Below, piece by piece: positions 27,170 to 39,944 of a stretch of DNA of 64,000 nucleotides (positions are counted from its first letter, which is position 1; the number at the start of each line of letters is the position of its first letter). The stretch is from Octopus bimaculoides. Its lineage: Eukaryota. The position numbers were made by a program, and so were the translations under genes. The notes beneath the pieces were generated by a model, which was not told the origin of the DNA, searched no databases, and worked only from the letters and a program-made list of their open reading frames with translations. The DNA is taken from positions 43,793,830-43,857,829 of the forward strand of contig NC_068990.1 in the NCBI RefSeq assembly GCF_001194135.2. Direction: 5' to 3'.

Positions 27170-29732
27170 TGTTATGATGCGGTGTTTTCCACAGTTATAA
27201 TGCGTGGCCACTGTTGTGACTAGCTGTTGTATCTACTCTAGTAGCCACCACATTTTCTTGGTATCGGATACAGTGTATCTCTTTTATACCAGAATGGTAA
27301 TACATCGCTTCATCTATCGTGCTATCACTGATAGCTGTGCAAGACACTGAATTTGAACCATCTACAATTGACTGTGACTTGAAATCAACTATAACACATA
27401 ACAGACACTTAACTCCAACTGAGAACTCGTACGATGACTACAGTGACTGACACATCACTCCCTGTATTGGTTGACATCGTCTCATTTTATAGTGGCTGCT
27501 CATACCACTTATCCCGTGGGAGAGGTGTACCATTTCCACTACAACATCTCTCCTTTCAGTTTTTTTGTTTTGGAAAGCAAGCCATTTTATTTTACTTTAT
27601 TCACTCACACCTCCCATTTTAGAGTTTTTTTATTTAACTTTGCGAAATTTTTTCCTCCATTTAGTTTTGAAAATACTTCTGGGTTTGGTAATGGATAGTT
27701 GTGTCCAACTAAACAGTCATTTAATCCTGCTGAGAAATCTTCACACACTCTTAGTTTATTATTCTTTTTTTCCATATAAACTGTCAATGCTACCCAGTCT
27801 GAGAAGTTGATTTTAGTAAAATAAAATGGCTTGCTTTCCAAAACGAAAAAACTAAAAGGAGAGATATAGTGGAAATGGTACACCTCTCCCACGAGATAAG
27901 TGATGTGAGCAGCCACTATAAAATGAGATGGTGTCAACCAACACAGGGAGTGATGTGTCAGTCAATGTAGAGTCATCGTATGAGTTCTCAATTGGAGTTA
28001 AGTGTCAGTTATAGCTAGACTTTCCAGTCTTTCCAGCTCTTTGTTGACCTGGTCTATTGCTGCAAATGGCATGTTTTGTTTAGGCCTAAAAACAAGTGTT
28101 GCATTTTCTTTTACAGCAATTCTCACTTTTGTTTTAGGGCAACAGCCCAATCCTTCCCAAAAAAACATTTGGAAATAATTTTTTTAATTTTTTGTCTCAG
28201 TTCTTTGACTTCATTCAAGCCTTTGACCGTCCCAACTACATTTCCACAGAGGAAACTTTTGTGGGTATCCCACATTTTAAATAATCCCATGCATTCTGTA
28301 CCAAATAAGTTTAGTGATTTTTTTCAACACAAATATTTGCCCTTTTCATTTTATCTTGAAAAGTTACATTGCAAACGCATTCACCGATAAAATATAATTT
28401 CCTTCCAGTAACACCATATGCTACTTTATTTGATCTAAATAATTTCGGTTTATCGATTTTTTTCCATGTTTGTTCATTTATGATAGTGATGTCACTCCCC
28501 ATGTCTAATTGCATTTTGACACTTGTGGTTTCGACTTTTACCTTGATGAATTTTCTGTTCGCTGTACTAACTTTTTTTCTGATGGTAAACAATTTCTTTT
28601 TTTCTTGTTTGTTCCAAATTTTCGTCGTCTTAGTTCTGCAGTGCGATTTAATATGTCCTGTATTCCCCCAACGAAAACACTTTGTTTTTTGAATGGACAG
28701 TCTTTCTTCAGGTGCATACCACCACATGCTATACATAGGTTTATATCTTGATGTTTATTGTGTTTTTTGTGAAACACTTTATCCATCTGCAGACTCTTCT
28801 GCACTGGTTTTACCTGGAAACAATCTCTGCATTGGATTTCCTCTGTGTCATGTCTTACTTTTCATATCATATTGCATTCTTCTGACAGTTTCTGTAGGGT
28901 TATATCCTGGTTCATTTTCAGCTTTGCAAGGATTTTCATTCTGACTTCTGCATCCTTTTTAGGATGTTAGTTTATCCCGTTTAAACCTCTCGCATTCCCT
29001 GTTCTCACTATCCACATGTGTAGTAAAGTCTTCATCATTGCTTTTCTCAGTGTTCAAGCATTTCTAACATGTGTTGAACAATGAGCTTTTTTCACTGAAT
29101 ATCTTACATAAAATGTCAATTGTGTGTCTGTAAAATTTGTCAGAAGATTTTTTTAGGCAGTATAAAGTTACTGTATTTTTCATGCTCTGTTGTTACTGGT
29201 TTCCTCAAAATTAGACATGTTTACATTTCATCTATCCGGTCTCAACATTCTTTTTTGAAAATTTGTTCAAATCTTCTGTAATATGCCTCAAAGGTGACTC
29301 CTTCTTCTGGGTCATATTTAAATTCATTTACTGAATTTGCTATACGGTCTGACAAAAGCATATTTTCAGGTTTTGTTACCAACTTCATTAGTTCTAGCAT
29401 TTGTTGCTGTTCTTGTTGTTATTGTTGCTGTTTTTGCAACTCAACTCACCAACAAATTTTCCATGATTTTACAGATTTTTCATAAAATGTGTGCAATAAA
29501 ACATTTGTTACTCCACTGTTGAGTTACTCTTTACTCTTTTACTTGTTTCAGTCATTTGACTGTGGCCATGCTGGAACACCACCTTTAGTCGAGCAAATCA
29601 ACCCCAGGACTTATTCTTTGGAAGCCTAGTACTTATTCTATCGGTCCCTTTTGCTGAACCGCTAGGTTACGGGGACGTAAACACACCAGCATCGGTTGTC
29701 AAGCGATGTTGGAGGGGACAAACACAGACACA

Positions 29733-29785
<53 letters not shown>

Positions 29786-30331
29786 GACAGGCTTCTTTCA
29801 GTTTCTGCCTACCAAATCGATTCACAAGGCTTTGGTTGGCCCGAGGCTATAGTAGAAGACACTTGCCCAAGGTGCCATGCAGTGGGACTGAACCTGGAAC
29901 TTGGGTTGGTAAGCAAGCTACTTACCACACAACCACTCCTACGCCTTTGTTATTTCTCCACGTGAATTTTTTTTTTAATTCTTCTGCATGAAAATTTTTT
30001 TTTTAATGTTGTTCCCTCATGAATTGTTTATATCCTTGTCATCACTGTTATGGTGAAGTAATTTCCACAGTTATGATGTGTGGCCACTGTTGTGAGTCTA
30101 TCATGCTAATACTTATAGCTCTCCAAGACACCAAATTTAAACAGTCTACCTTGACTATGGCTCGAATTCGACACTAACACGTAACTGACACTTAACTCCA
30201 GTTGAGAACTTGTACAACAAGTCTACAATGACTGACACACAGCTCCCTGTACTGGTTGACATTGTCTCACTTTAAAATGGCTGCTCATATCACTTGTCTC
30301 GCAGGAGGAGTGTACCATTTTCACTACAACA
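27170..30331 (-). mobile_element. Ty3/Gypsy LTR retrotransposon A (K02A2.6/Mag-like), internally deleted
   Basis: LTRs 27170-27546 and 30046-30331 (TGTTGTAG...TAACA on minus) with perfect 5-bp TSD AAAAT. PPT aaaggagaga; PBS-like gtgatgacaaggat. Remnants of poly-Q gag, two Zn knuckles, protease LDMGSDITII and the RT start (ELERLESL...WVALTVY...PLPNPE). No RNase H or integrase seen. Confidence 0.92.
29524..29945 (-). mobile_element. SINE family 1, near-intact, nested in LTR element A
   Basis: Minus strand: ggagtggttgtgtggtaagtagcttgc...ggttccaggttcagtccca (A/B-box-like), central (TG)n, 3' (aagagta)n tail. Confidence 0.9.
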
Positions 30332-30499
30332 AAAATACATATACAACAGCTATTTTATAGTTGAATAATTGGCTTTATCACTTACATACAAATATAAGAA
30401 TTGGTATAAATATTTGAATTTGTAGAAGTACTCATCTTTTCTGTTTTGTAAACATTGGTTGAAAATGAACGAATGATTCAATAAAACTTAAGTTCGATT

Positions 30500-33466
30500 T
30501 GTTATATATCCTGGAGTTGGATAAATAGTTTAACGAAGCAGTGGAAAAGAAAGTATTCACATGACACACTATAATTATTGTTACACGAAGTTAAATGCTC
30601 TCTGCCAACTACTCAGAGCGAACTGCTTACAATGAACTGCTGATAATTCTTTATTTTATTGTAATATGTCAGTCCACTTTTAGTCACGTGAGGGTAGCTA
30701 CAATCTTTCCACAACATCTCCCCTTTTTAGAATAAGTTTCCTCAGCTTCTCCTCTTTTGAGAATTAAACTCCATCCAGAGTTTTAATATCTTTTACGCTT
30801 AGAGTTCAATTCCAGTGTTTCTGTTCTTTTCTGTTTTCTGCTGTTATTGTTTGGGTGTTAGTACCTCAAATGTGTCGTACAATACTTCCATGGGGATTTC
30901 ATTTCTTGTGACTGTTTTTTCCATGAATCTTTTTTTAATTTGATTAATATGTCTTTTATGTTTGACATTTTTTTTTCTTTTACCAGGAATAACATTTTTC
31001 TAATTTGTTTAATAATTACACTGTCTTCCCAGCTTGCTTTACCGTATCTATAGGTTTAAAAAAAAAAACTCTGTTACCTAACTTGAAGAATTCTGAAGAT
31101 TTTTGTTGTTCCCCTTTTTTCTATTTTCACTCGGTATCAGCTTATCAAAGACAGATCTGACCTTTCTAGCAAACATCAGTTTTGCAGGTGACATTCCAGA
31201 TGAGGTATTCAGATTGTTACTTGGTACACTCTGAGAAATTGTTGAAGTGCAAGGTTGTCCATTACTTCATTGTTCGCCTTTTTAAACACCCTCTTGAAAG
31301 CGTCAGCAAAACGCTTCACTTGTCCATTTGACTTAGGGTGATACAGTGGAATGGTGACATTCGATAATGAACATCTTACAAAATTTTCTGAACTCATCTG
31401 AAGTAAATTGAGTTCCATTATCAGACACAATGGTGTCATATCTGGTGAACAATTCATGTAAAAAACATACTGTAACCACAGATGTCAGCTTTTTACACTT
31501 GTGCACTTCAGGCCACTTTGAAAAACTGTCCATCACAACAAGGTAATATGAACCTTTAAGTGGACCAGCATAATGAACATGCAGTCTGGAACATGGAATA
31601 TATATTTTTGGCCATGGTTGCTATTTAGTGGTAGGTGCTTTTGCAGCTAGGCCACACCCTCTGCATGCTTTCATTAGTTCTTCAGTGTCATGGTCCATTG
31701 TTGGCCAATATACATAACTTTTCTAATCTCTCTAACTCTAAGTTTATCAGTTCTAATGCTGTGAAAGGTACAGTCCGTTTTAGTTTAAATACCCATATGG
31801 TGTTTTCTTTTACTTCAATCTTTGCCTTTGTTTTGGTGCACAGACCTAATTAAATTGACAGAACTTCAGGAAAAAGCTTTTTTAAATTTTAAAAATTTGT
31901 CTGATAACTTACTTGTACTGGTAGAAAAACCATTCAAATATTTACAAAAAAGATTTATGGGGAGGTCCCATAAGTTAAATAATTCCATCCAGTTTGTTCC
32001 GAATAAATTTGTCATATTATTCAACACAAAATCTTAGACTTTTAAGGTTTTTCCATGAAATGTAATGTCTCTTATCATTTTGCCCTTAAAATGTAATTTT
32101 TTCCTAAAACACCACCTGCAATTTTTGAAGTTTCTTTTAACCTAGGTCTCCTGATTTTTTCCCCATATTATCTGTATTAATTATTGAGATATCACTGCCT
32201 GTATCCAATTGTAACTTTTGATACACAAATTCTCTTTGAGGTTCGTTCATATTTCTTGTCACTGATAACCTGTTTACATGATTTTTTTCTATTGAACTGT
32301 TTTTTAAGTCTTGTTTTACAGTATGATTTTTTATGACCTATCTTACCGCACTTGAAGCATTTTATATTTTTAAACAGACAGTTACTTTTAAAATGTAGAC
32401 CACTGCACCATAACATGGATTTGGTCTTGACATTTTTTCTCTTTTTTCTTATCCCTTACTGGTCAACACACCTGATTATGAGAGAAATTTTTTTCTTCAA
32501 TTTTATGTGCATCATGTCTTAGATTTATAATTCTCTGGCATTCTGCTAATACCTGTAGAGTTAATGTTTGATCCTGTTATAATTTTGTTAATATCTAGGA
32601 ATGTATATCTGCATCTTTGTTTGCAGTTAGCCCTTGAACAAAAATTAGATGCTTGAACATGTCTGGGGTTAATTCATTTAATTTTTCACACTCTCTGTTA
32701 ACAACCTCAGCATGGGTGACGAAATCTTCATCTTTTTTGACTAAATTTAAACATTGCCAGCAAGTATTGAATAGGGAGCTTCTTTCAGTGAAAATTTTCG
32801 ATAAAAAATTGTTTCATCAAAACAGATTTCACCTGGTTTCTTCAGCAGAATATAGTTACTATGTTTTTCATGTTCAGCAGAGGATAACTTTCTTAAAAGT
32901 AGTCATACTTTTTTCTTGTCAGACCAATTTTTACATTCTTCTTTGAAAATTTCTTTGCATCTTCAAAAATATGCAGAGAAGGTAATACCTTCTGGAATAT
33001 AACCGAATTCTTCAATTGAGTTTGCTATGCTATCTGGCAAGTATGAACCTGAAGTATTTTCAGACTTCTTCAACATTAATTCCAGTAACTGTTGGTTTTG
33101 TTGTTGCCGTTGCAACTTTACCTTGAAGGCCAATAAGTCCTCCACGTTAAACAATTTTTTGGGGGTTTTGAACCCCCCCCCCCCCCCCCAAANNNNNNNN
33201 NNNAAAAAATTTTCAAACATTCAACACAAGCTTCAAACAACTCATCACCACTTTTATATCCTGGAGTTGGATAAATAATTTAACAAAGCAGGGGGAAAGA
33301 AAATATTCACATGATGCTCTACGATTACTGTTACACGAGGTTAAATGCTCTCTGCCAACGGCTCACAGCGAACTGCTTACACTGAACTGCTGATAATTCT
33401 TTATTTTATAGCAATGTGTCAGTCCACTTTTAGTCAGATGGAGGTGGCTAGAATCCTTCCACAACA
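30500..33466 (-). mobile_element. Ty3/Gypsy LTR retrotransposon B (same group as A, different LTR), internally deleted
   Basis: LTRs 30500-30716 and ~33252-33466. PPT aaaaaggggaga; PBS-like agtggtgatgag. Remnants of gag (DSIANSIEEF), CCHC knuckles, protease LDTGSDISII, the RT start, then integrase (YVYWPTMD, DSFSKWPEV, IVSDNGTQF, YHPKSNG). TSD uncertain (gatt/aatt). Confidence 0.9.
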
Positions 33467-33521
33467 AATTGAAACAGCTAAAGAATAACTATATGACATG
33501 AAGTTTTTTCCCTTTTTTCAG

Positions 33522-33770
33522 TTGTGGAATTTTGTGATGCAGGAAGAAGTAGTAGAATATCAACTTCCAGAAGAATGTCTACTAGGAGATATTCTAGAAC
33601 TAGTTTAACAAGAAGTACACTCCGAACAAAATATGGTCAGTCAATTTCTTCTACCCGAAGCAAGATATCAAGAATTGGTTGGAAGCATGCACTATTAGCT
33701 GGTGGTTTGTTGTACATAGGTTCTCAAATGTACATGAGTCGTCGTATGTACTATTCACATCCTTCCCGAA
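33522..33770 (+). CDS. Shisa-like gene exon: Arg/Ser-rich basic module plus hydrophobic segment (VEFCDAGRSSRISTSRR...WKHALLAGGLLYIGSQMYMSRRMYYSHPSR)
   Basis: Acceptor ttttttcccttttttcag| and donor GAA|GTAAGT. 249 nt, phase 1-1, no stops (ORF 33524..33784). Joins 38615 in frame (A|CA=Thr). Confidence 0.85.
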
Positions 33771-36481
33771 GTAAGTATAAATAACTATTAATTCTTATCT
33801 ATTACATGATTTGCATTTCATTTTTGGTATTTAATTCTTTTTTTAGAATAACCAACAACATTATGAATTTCATTTCAGAACTAACCCCAAATAGTTCTAA
33901 ATGACAAACAATATTTTCAGATATAGAAGAAATCAAACTCTGTATCATTTACAAAAGAATCAACTCTTCAACAAACATATCTTCCTACATCTGCTTTTTA
34001 GCCTGCATGCAATTCCTCATGGTGACTAAGAGATGAGTGCTTCTCTTTAAGGAATAAATTGTGTCCTTGCAGCTTTTTTTTTTTTCGTATAAATGTCATG
34101 TTTTCACTGTGATTCATCAATATTTAGTTTGAATTCTCTTTGTAGATTCATAGAACTACTAATACTTTGTAGAAACTGAATGTAGAAGAACATTATCATA
34201 TTTATCAGTAATATATTATATGTATCTTATTTCTTCAAAAATTTCTTGAACAAGTTCTCTAGTTGTTTTCACCAGTAACTTTCATTAATCTTGAAAAAAT
34301 ATTCACTAGATAATGGCAATGGTAGATAGACAAGTAATTATTTCTGTGTCATATATCTAAACATATTCTGAGCAAATGACATATATTTAGACACTGTACA
34401 GAGATATTAGAAATACTTACAAACTTTCAATATTCAGAAAATTATCATATTTTGGTATGTCAAGTAACAAAACTACCAACTTACCTATCTTTCCCCTACT
34501 TAGGGGGAAGATAGGTCACTCTTAACATAGGCCAGGCTTTCCTACCCACTCCACTGCATGTGGATATTTCGGACTGAGCCAGTGTTAATTCCCTCTGTAG
34601 CAAAATGAGCCCTTCTACTTAGTGTTATGGAAACACAGTTTTCCCCAGCCATCTTGGGCGATAACTTAAGTAATATCTCTATATTTGATCAAACAAACTG
34701 AAAGCATGTAATTTTTCTCACATAAACAAATCTGACATTGAATCAAAGACCTAAAGTGAACTGTGGAGCAAAATATACAGAGCAAAGAGATATTATGGGT
34801 ATATTAACTATGTCTACTATTTATTATTAATGGCTGTTTATTTGTTATAAACTATTTTGTAAAATTGCCAGTTATCAATATCATGTAAAATAGATTTCAA
34901 GAAGCGCTTTTTCATCTCTTCTATTTTTCCTGGCAGTGCATACCAAGCTATCGTTAGTTCTAGCATGATAAATTCCTCTTGTAGCTAAACTTTTGCTTAC
35001 TTACGTAATTAGTCAGCTTCTTTCCAAGCAGCTTCAGATTACTACTGTAAGCTCTTTCCTCCTATGTGTATAATGGAGACAACTTCCATGTCCAGTAGCC
35101 TTCGAATGCCATTATGAATTCCAATGGTAGCTATAACTTAACCTCTTTCCTTCCTACATCATAAAGGGACATGGCCTCTCAGCTATAATAAAGTGACCCA
35201 TCTAAGAAGTTGGGCACTCTGAACAAACCTAGCAGAAAAGGATTCTACTCTAATTGTATAAAGGATAAGTAGATCTCTCCCTGTGTAAACTGTAGCAAAG
35301 GCAACCTTTTTAGGAGAGCATTAACTCTGAATAAAAACTGATACTCAGTAATGAGAATTCTTTAGTCATATAGATAATCTTTCAAGCATCATACTGTAAA
35401 GTGCTTGGTGATAGGAAGGGCATTCATCTATAAAAACCATTAAGTCATCAATTATGTTTGGCTCTGGTTTCAGTAATTTTAATTTTGAAATTATTGTTTA
35501 AAGTAATGTTTATTGCAACATCAGTATGACTGTTCAATGTTACTACTGTTTTTAACCCCAGGAAGAGCCTCCTCCAGCTGGTTATTGATGAAATCTGCAG
35601 CCTGTATATATTGCAAGCAGAGGAGTGAACCCCTACCAACTTCTAGCAGATGACAGGATCACCAGACTGAACGGTTTCGGGCTATTTGTGCCTGTCATCA
35701 GTGGTAAACACCCAGCTGCTAGAGATGACAAGAATTTGTTCCAGCTTGCAATATATAGAAAACTAGTGACAACCAAGCAAAGTAGCTAGTCAGAAAATCT
35801 CTATAAAAGAGGAAAGTAGTAACTACACTGAGAAGTAATGTTTATCGCCACATCAATATGACTGTTTGATGTTATTACAGTTATTAACCTTAGGAAGAGC
35901 CTCCTCCAAGCTGGTTATCAATGCAGTTTACACTCGGTACCTATTGCCAGCAGAGGAGCGAACCCCTACCATCTTCTAGCAGACAAAGGGATCATCAGAG
36001 CAGGCAGTTTTGGGCTATTTGTGCCCATCATCAGTGGTGAACACTGAACTACATTGTTATTGGCAGAAAAATGCATGACAGTGAGGACTTACCCAAGCTA
36101 ATGGGGGACAGAGATTCTTGATGTGGTGCTGTGAAATGCATTTCAGTTGTGACTGCTTAAAGAACATATAAAACAAACAAAAGAGAAAGGAATGAAGAAT
36201 GAAAAAAGTATACAGAACATTGGAAATAAATTAAATGCCAACATAAAGTTGATAAGATTATTATCAGGAGCTTAAGTTGTGTACAATTAGTATCAGATCA
36301 AAGAAGATTCTTTAGTTATATGTTTCTCTGATAATAGTTTATTAGTAACTTTGCATCCTTCTCCCTAAATACTTCTCTCATGCTATTTATAAGTCAGATA
36401 ATTATGCCAATTGTAATGTTTTCTTAAATTTTGGCTTATAAAGTGAACAAATTCATTACTTTTTCAAGTCTAGTTTCTTAA

Positions 36482-37047
36482 GCTTTTAGCATTTATACTT
36501 GTCACATCCAGCTCAAATATTCTAGCTGTTTTATGTTCCAACTGGCCACACCTACTCTACAATGTTATTCTGAATATAAACAATTACTTCTTTGAAATCT
36601 TGAAGATATGAAAAAATGCATGGTTAATTCAAAACAATATGAATAGATAATGATTAAATTTGACAGAATACTCCGAATGCTAAATGGCTACCTCGCTGCT
36701 AATCTATCTTTAAACCTGTTGGTTAGACTGTGCATAAGTGAGCTAAAGAGGTAACTGTCTAAGAAAGGTATTAGCTACTTCCTTTCTCTGTGTAAGAGAT
36801 GGCTGTTGATAGGGACATGTAATATGTAACACTTTTGCATTCAGATTACTCTGTCTAATGTATGCTTATTTATTCATATCAATTTGAATTACTTATGCAT
36901 TATCCTGTAGCTCTGAGATGTCAACAATGTGATTGTTTATTTTAGAGTGATATTGTTGAGTTGGTGTGCGGAGCTGGGGCTGGTTGGTTTGATCATAAAG
37001 CAGGTAGAATATTTGGGCCAGCTATGGCTGGTTTGAATGCTAAAGGG
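36482..37047. mobile_element. piggyBac-type MITE (old)
   Basis: Diverged TIRs of about 60 bp, (ccc)tttagcatt...aaatattcta. Left flank TTAA, right flank ATAA. Confidence 0.5.
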
Positions 37048-37409
37048 ATAAATTATGCATGTCATGTGGTTAAGAAGTTTGTTTTATAACCAGCTGGTTC
37101 CATGTTTGATCTTACAGTGTGACATGTTGGGCAAGTCTCTTTGCTGTATTTTAGCTTGACTAATTCCTTGTGATTGAAATTTGATAGACAAATGTGCTGA
37201 AGCCCATTGTAATATTATACATAATGTAATTGATGACTGGTAAAAAAGTTGCAGAATGTTTTAGTCTCATGATCTTGTCAAACTAATGTGCATTAGGAAT
37301 AAATTAATGTGTATATAGTAATGAAGCCCACCTCTGGAAATTATGAAAAAAAGCACATATGGAGGGTGTAGGGTGAAACCTTGAATGAGGGTTTTTGATA
37401 AAATTTGAA

Positions 37410-37448
<39 letters not shown>

Positions 37449-38614
37449 TATATTAGAGTCTGGTGTAGCTATCTGGTTCGCCAGTTCCCAGTCAAATCGT
37501 CCAACCCATGCTAGCATGGAAAGTGGACATTAAATGATGATGATGATGAGTATAGGAAAAATTAGGAATATAAAAAAGGAAAAAACATAAAATTAATTTG
37601 GTGCGACTAATAAGAAATAAGAGTAACTCAGAAGTGTAACTAATAAGAGTAACTCAGAAATGATAAAATAATAATTGTACTAATGGTGTAGAGAGGAGGA
37701 AAGGTAGGATTTCCTCCTCTCTACATAAAATAGTTTTTGTAATGGGTTTTTGTAATAGTTTTTGTATATGTGAATATAGGAGGTACAGGTAAAAAAGTTG
37801 TGTTTTTATATATCTTATAGTCAGAAGCCTGAAACATGAATCAGATTGATTTACTAGATCAGAGATAGGTACATGGGATTGTTAGAAAGGACTACAACAG
37901 AAACAAAAATAGGAGTATCATCTAAATGAAATGACTTAAAAATGAAAACAAGCTACATCAAAAACTTTAACCAATTTTTCCAATTGGATAATAAAACGAA
38001 AAGAAAACGTGAAATGAATAAAAACATATTCTTCAAGTTGCTACTGTTTTTTCCAGCATACAAGCCTAATTTTTTTTTACATCAAAATTTACAGCCAAAT
38101 GAGGCAGGTTCACTTAAGCACCAAAATGACTTTGGAGGACCAAAAATTCTATGTGAAATGCAGCAGGATTCGAAAAGATATTGACAATATTTGAATGTTT
38201 ACGCTACTTACTATGTTAATTTGTATGCCAGAAAATATAGATATAATTCTATCACTAAACGCTATAAGAAGACTATGAGGACTATACTTGAATATATAGA
38301 TTCTCAAACCTATCAAACAAGTGGCTATGTTTCCAGTTTATGGAGAATTTCAGACTGAATTCCCAATATAGTGGGAATTAGCAAACCTCATGTTAGAATC
38401 CAATAGCAGCTAGGAGAGAAAAAGGGAAAATAAGAAAAGAAAAAGAAAACACACTAGTCTATTCTATGTTAATCTAATTATATTGATGACATTAAATTTA
38501 TTTTCATGTCTTTTGAAGTACTTTTACTTATAATGTTGTATAACTTTCCTGTTAAAAAAAATGTTCATCTTTTTTTTTTTTCTAATTTATGTTTTTATAT
38601 TTTTTTATTTTTAG

Positions 38615-38762
38615 CACCCACCATTTGTTCCAACTATGTTGATGCTGATGAAAATGGTACAGTCTATAAGATGTTTATATGCCCTAGACATTACGAAAGT
38701 GATAATCAAGTTCACTGTTGTGGACCAGAAGGACAACAGAGATGTTGTGCTGCAACTAAAAC
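38615..38762 (+). CDS. Shisa-like gene exon: extracellular Cys-rich domain (TPTICSNYVDADENGTVYKMFICPRHYESDNQVHCCGPEGQQRCCAATKT)
   Basis: Long T-rich acceptor ...tttttag| and donor AC|GTAATT. Six Cys in a C-C-CC-CC pattern as in Shisa-like/WBP1-VOPP1-type domains. N-glycosylation sequon NGT. Phase 1-2. Confidence 0.88.
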
Positions 38763-39309
38763 GTAATTGCTATTTTCATTTCTCAGATGGTTTCAAGATA
38801 ACTGTTCACTTTCCTCAATGTAGTACTTTAGAGGCAAAAGAGACTGTATGGTCAAGATTAGAATGCTTTTGATCATGTCTGCATAATCAAGGTTTTTACC
38901 TTGGGCTAATCTATAAAAACCAACCAGTTTTTACTTGTTATTATTATTATTATTATTATCATTATATAACTGTTCAACATTTGGTAGGTTGAGACAAATT
39001 TCTACTGCATCACCTGCTACACCTCCATGTTGCTGGAGTGTGTGCATCATTGTGTGCTCTTTTCTGCTGTTGGGTGTGTACAAACTTTTCCCAGCACTAT
39101 ATTGTATTAGTTTTTTTTTCTCTTGAGATGTGGTACAGTCTTTTGTTGTGTTACTGCTTGTATTGTGTGTTGCATGTATAATGCATTGGTTATTTAGCTT
39201 GCTGGTGGAAGTTTATTTCACTGAGTAATTGCTGTATGTATTGTGTCTTGTGTTAGTGGATTGTTTTGTAACCCTCACTTCTCTTATACACTCATCGTCT
39301 GGAAGTTGT

Positions 39310-39850
39310 ACTCCATTGCTGTCTACTTTTTACCCTGTCCTCAGTTCAATAACAGTGCATTTATCTAGACCAAATGCCAACTAGATGTTATGTGAGAAAA
39401 TTCGAACAACCTGAATCAGGAACTAACCTTTGTTAGTTCCATAAAGCTCCAAATTATCCATAAACAGTGGGTGGTTAATTGGTCTCATGTTCTTCTGTAG
39501 TTTGTAACCAGTTCCCATCTTCTTCAAAACCATGGCGAGTCGTAACATACTAACAATAAACAGCAGGGGTGGCACAGTCTCCTTGAAAGATACCCCACTC
39601 TTGATGTTGACATAACCAGTTTCGTCTCCACTTGCTGATAGAATAGTCTTCCATTTCCTCTTACTATTTTCGAATAAATATATATTTTTAGATTCATCAA
39701 CCATCTCCAGGCATTTTAGATTCCACACGCAAGGAACCATTTCATATGCCTTCCTATAGTCCATCCAAGCCATTGATAACCTTGTCAACCTTCTTTGACG
39801 GTTCCTCAAAATTACCTTATCAATCAGCAACTGATCCTATGTTCCTCATG
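39310..39850 (-). mobile_element. R4/Dong-like non-LTR RT fragment
   Basis: LIDKVIL...LSMAWMDYRKAYEMVP, PLLFIVSM, HPLFMDNLELY, FGLDKC motifs. Confidence 0.75.
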
Positions 39851-39944
39851 ATCCCTTCTTGCAGCCTTTTTGTTCATTTAGCTAGCAGTTCATTTTTGTC
39901 AAGATGGACATACAATTTCTTTCCCATTATTCCAGTTAGAAGCT

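Noticed and set aside
38506-38614. 5' part of ORF 38506..38766 (likewise the 3' ends of ORFs 33524..33784 and 46704..46901)
   Set aside because: Intronic read-through beyond clear splice sites; only the exon portions are coding.
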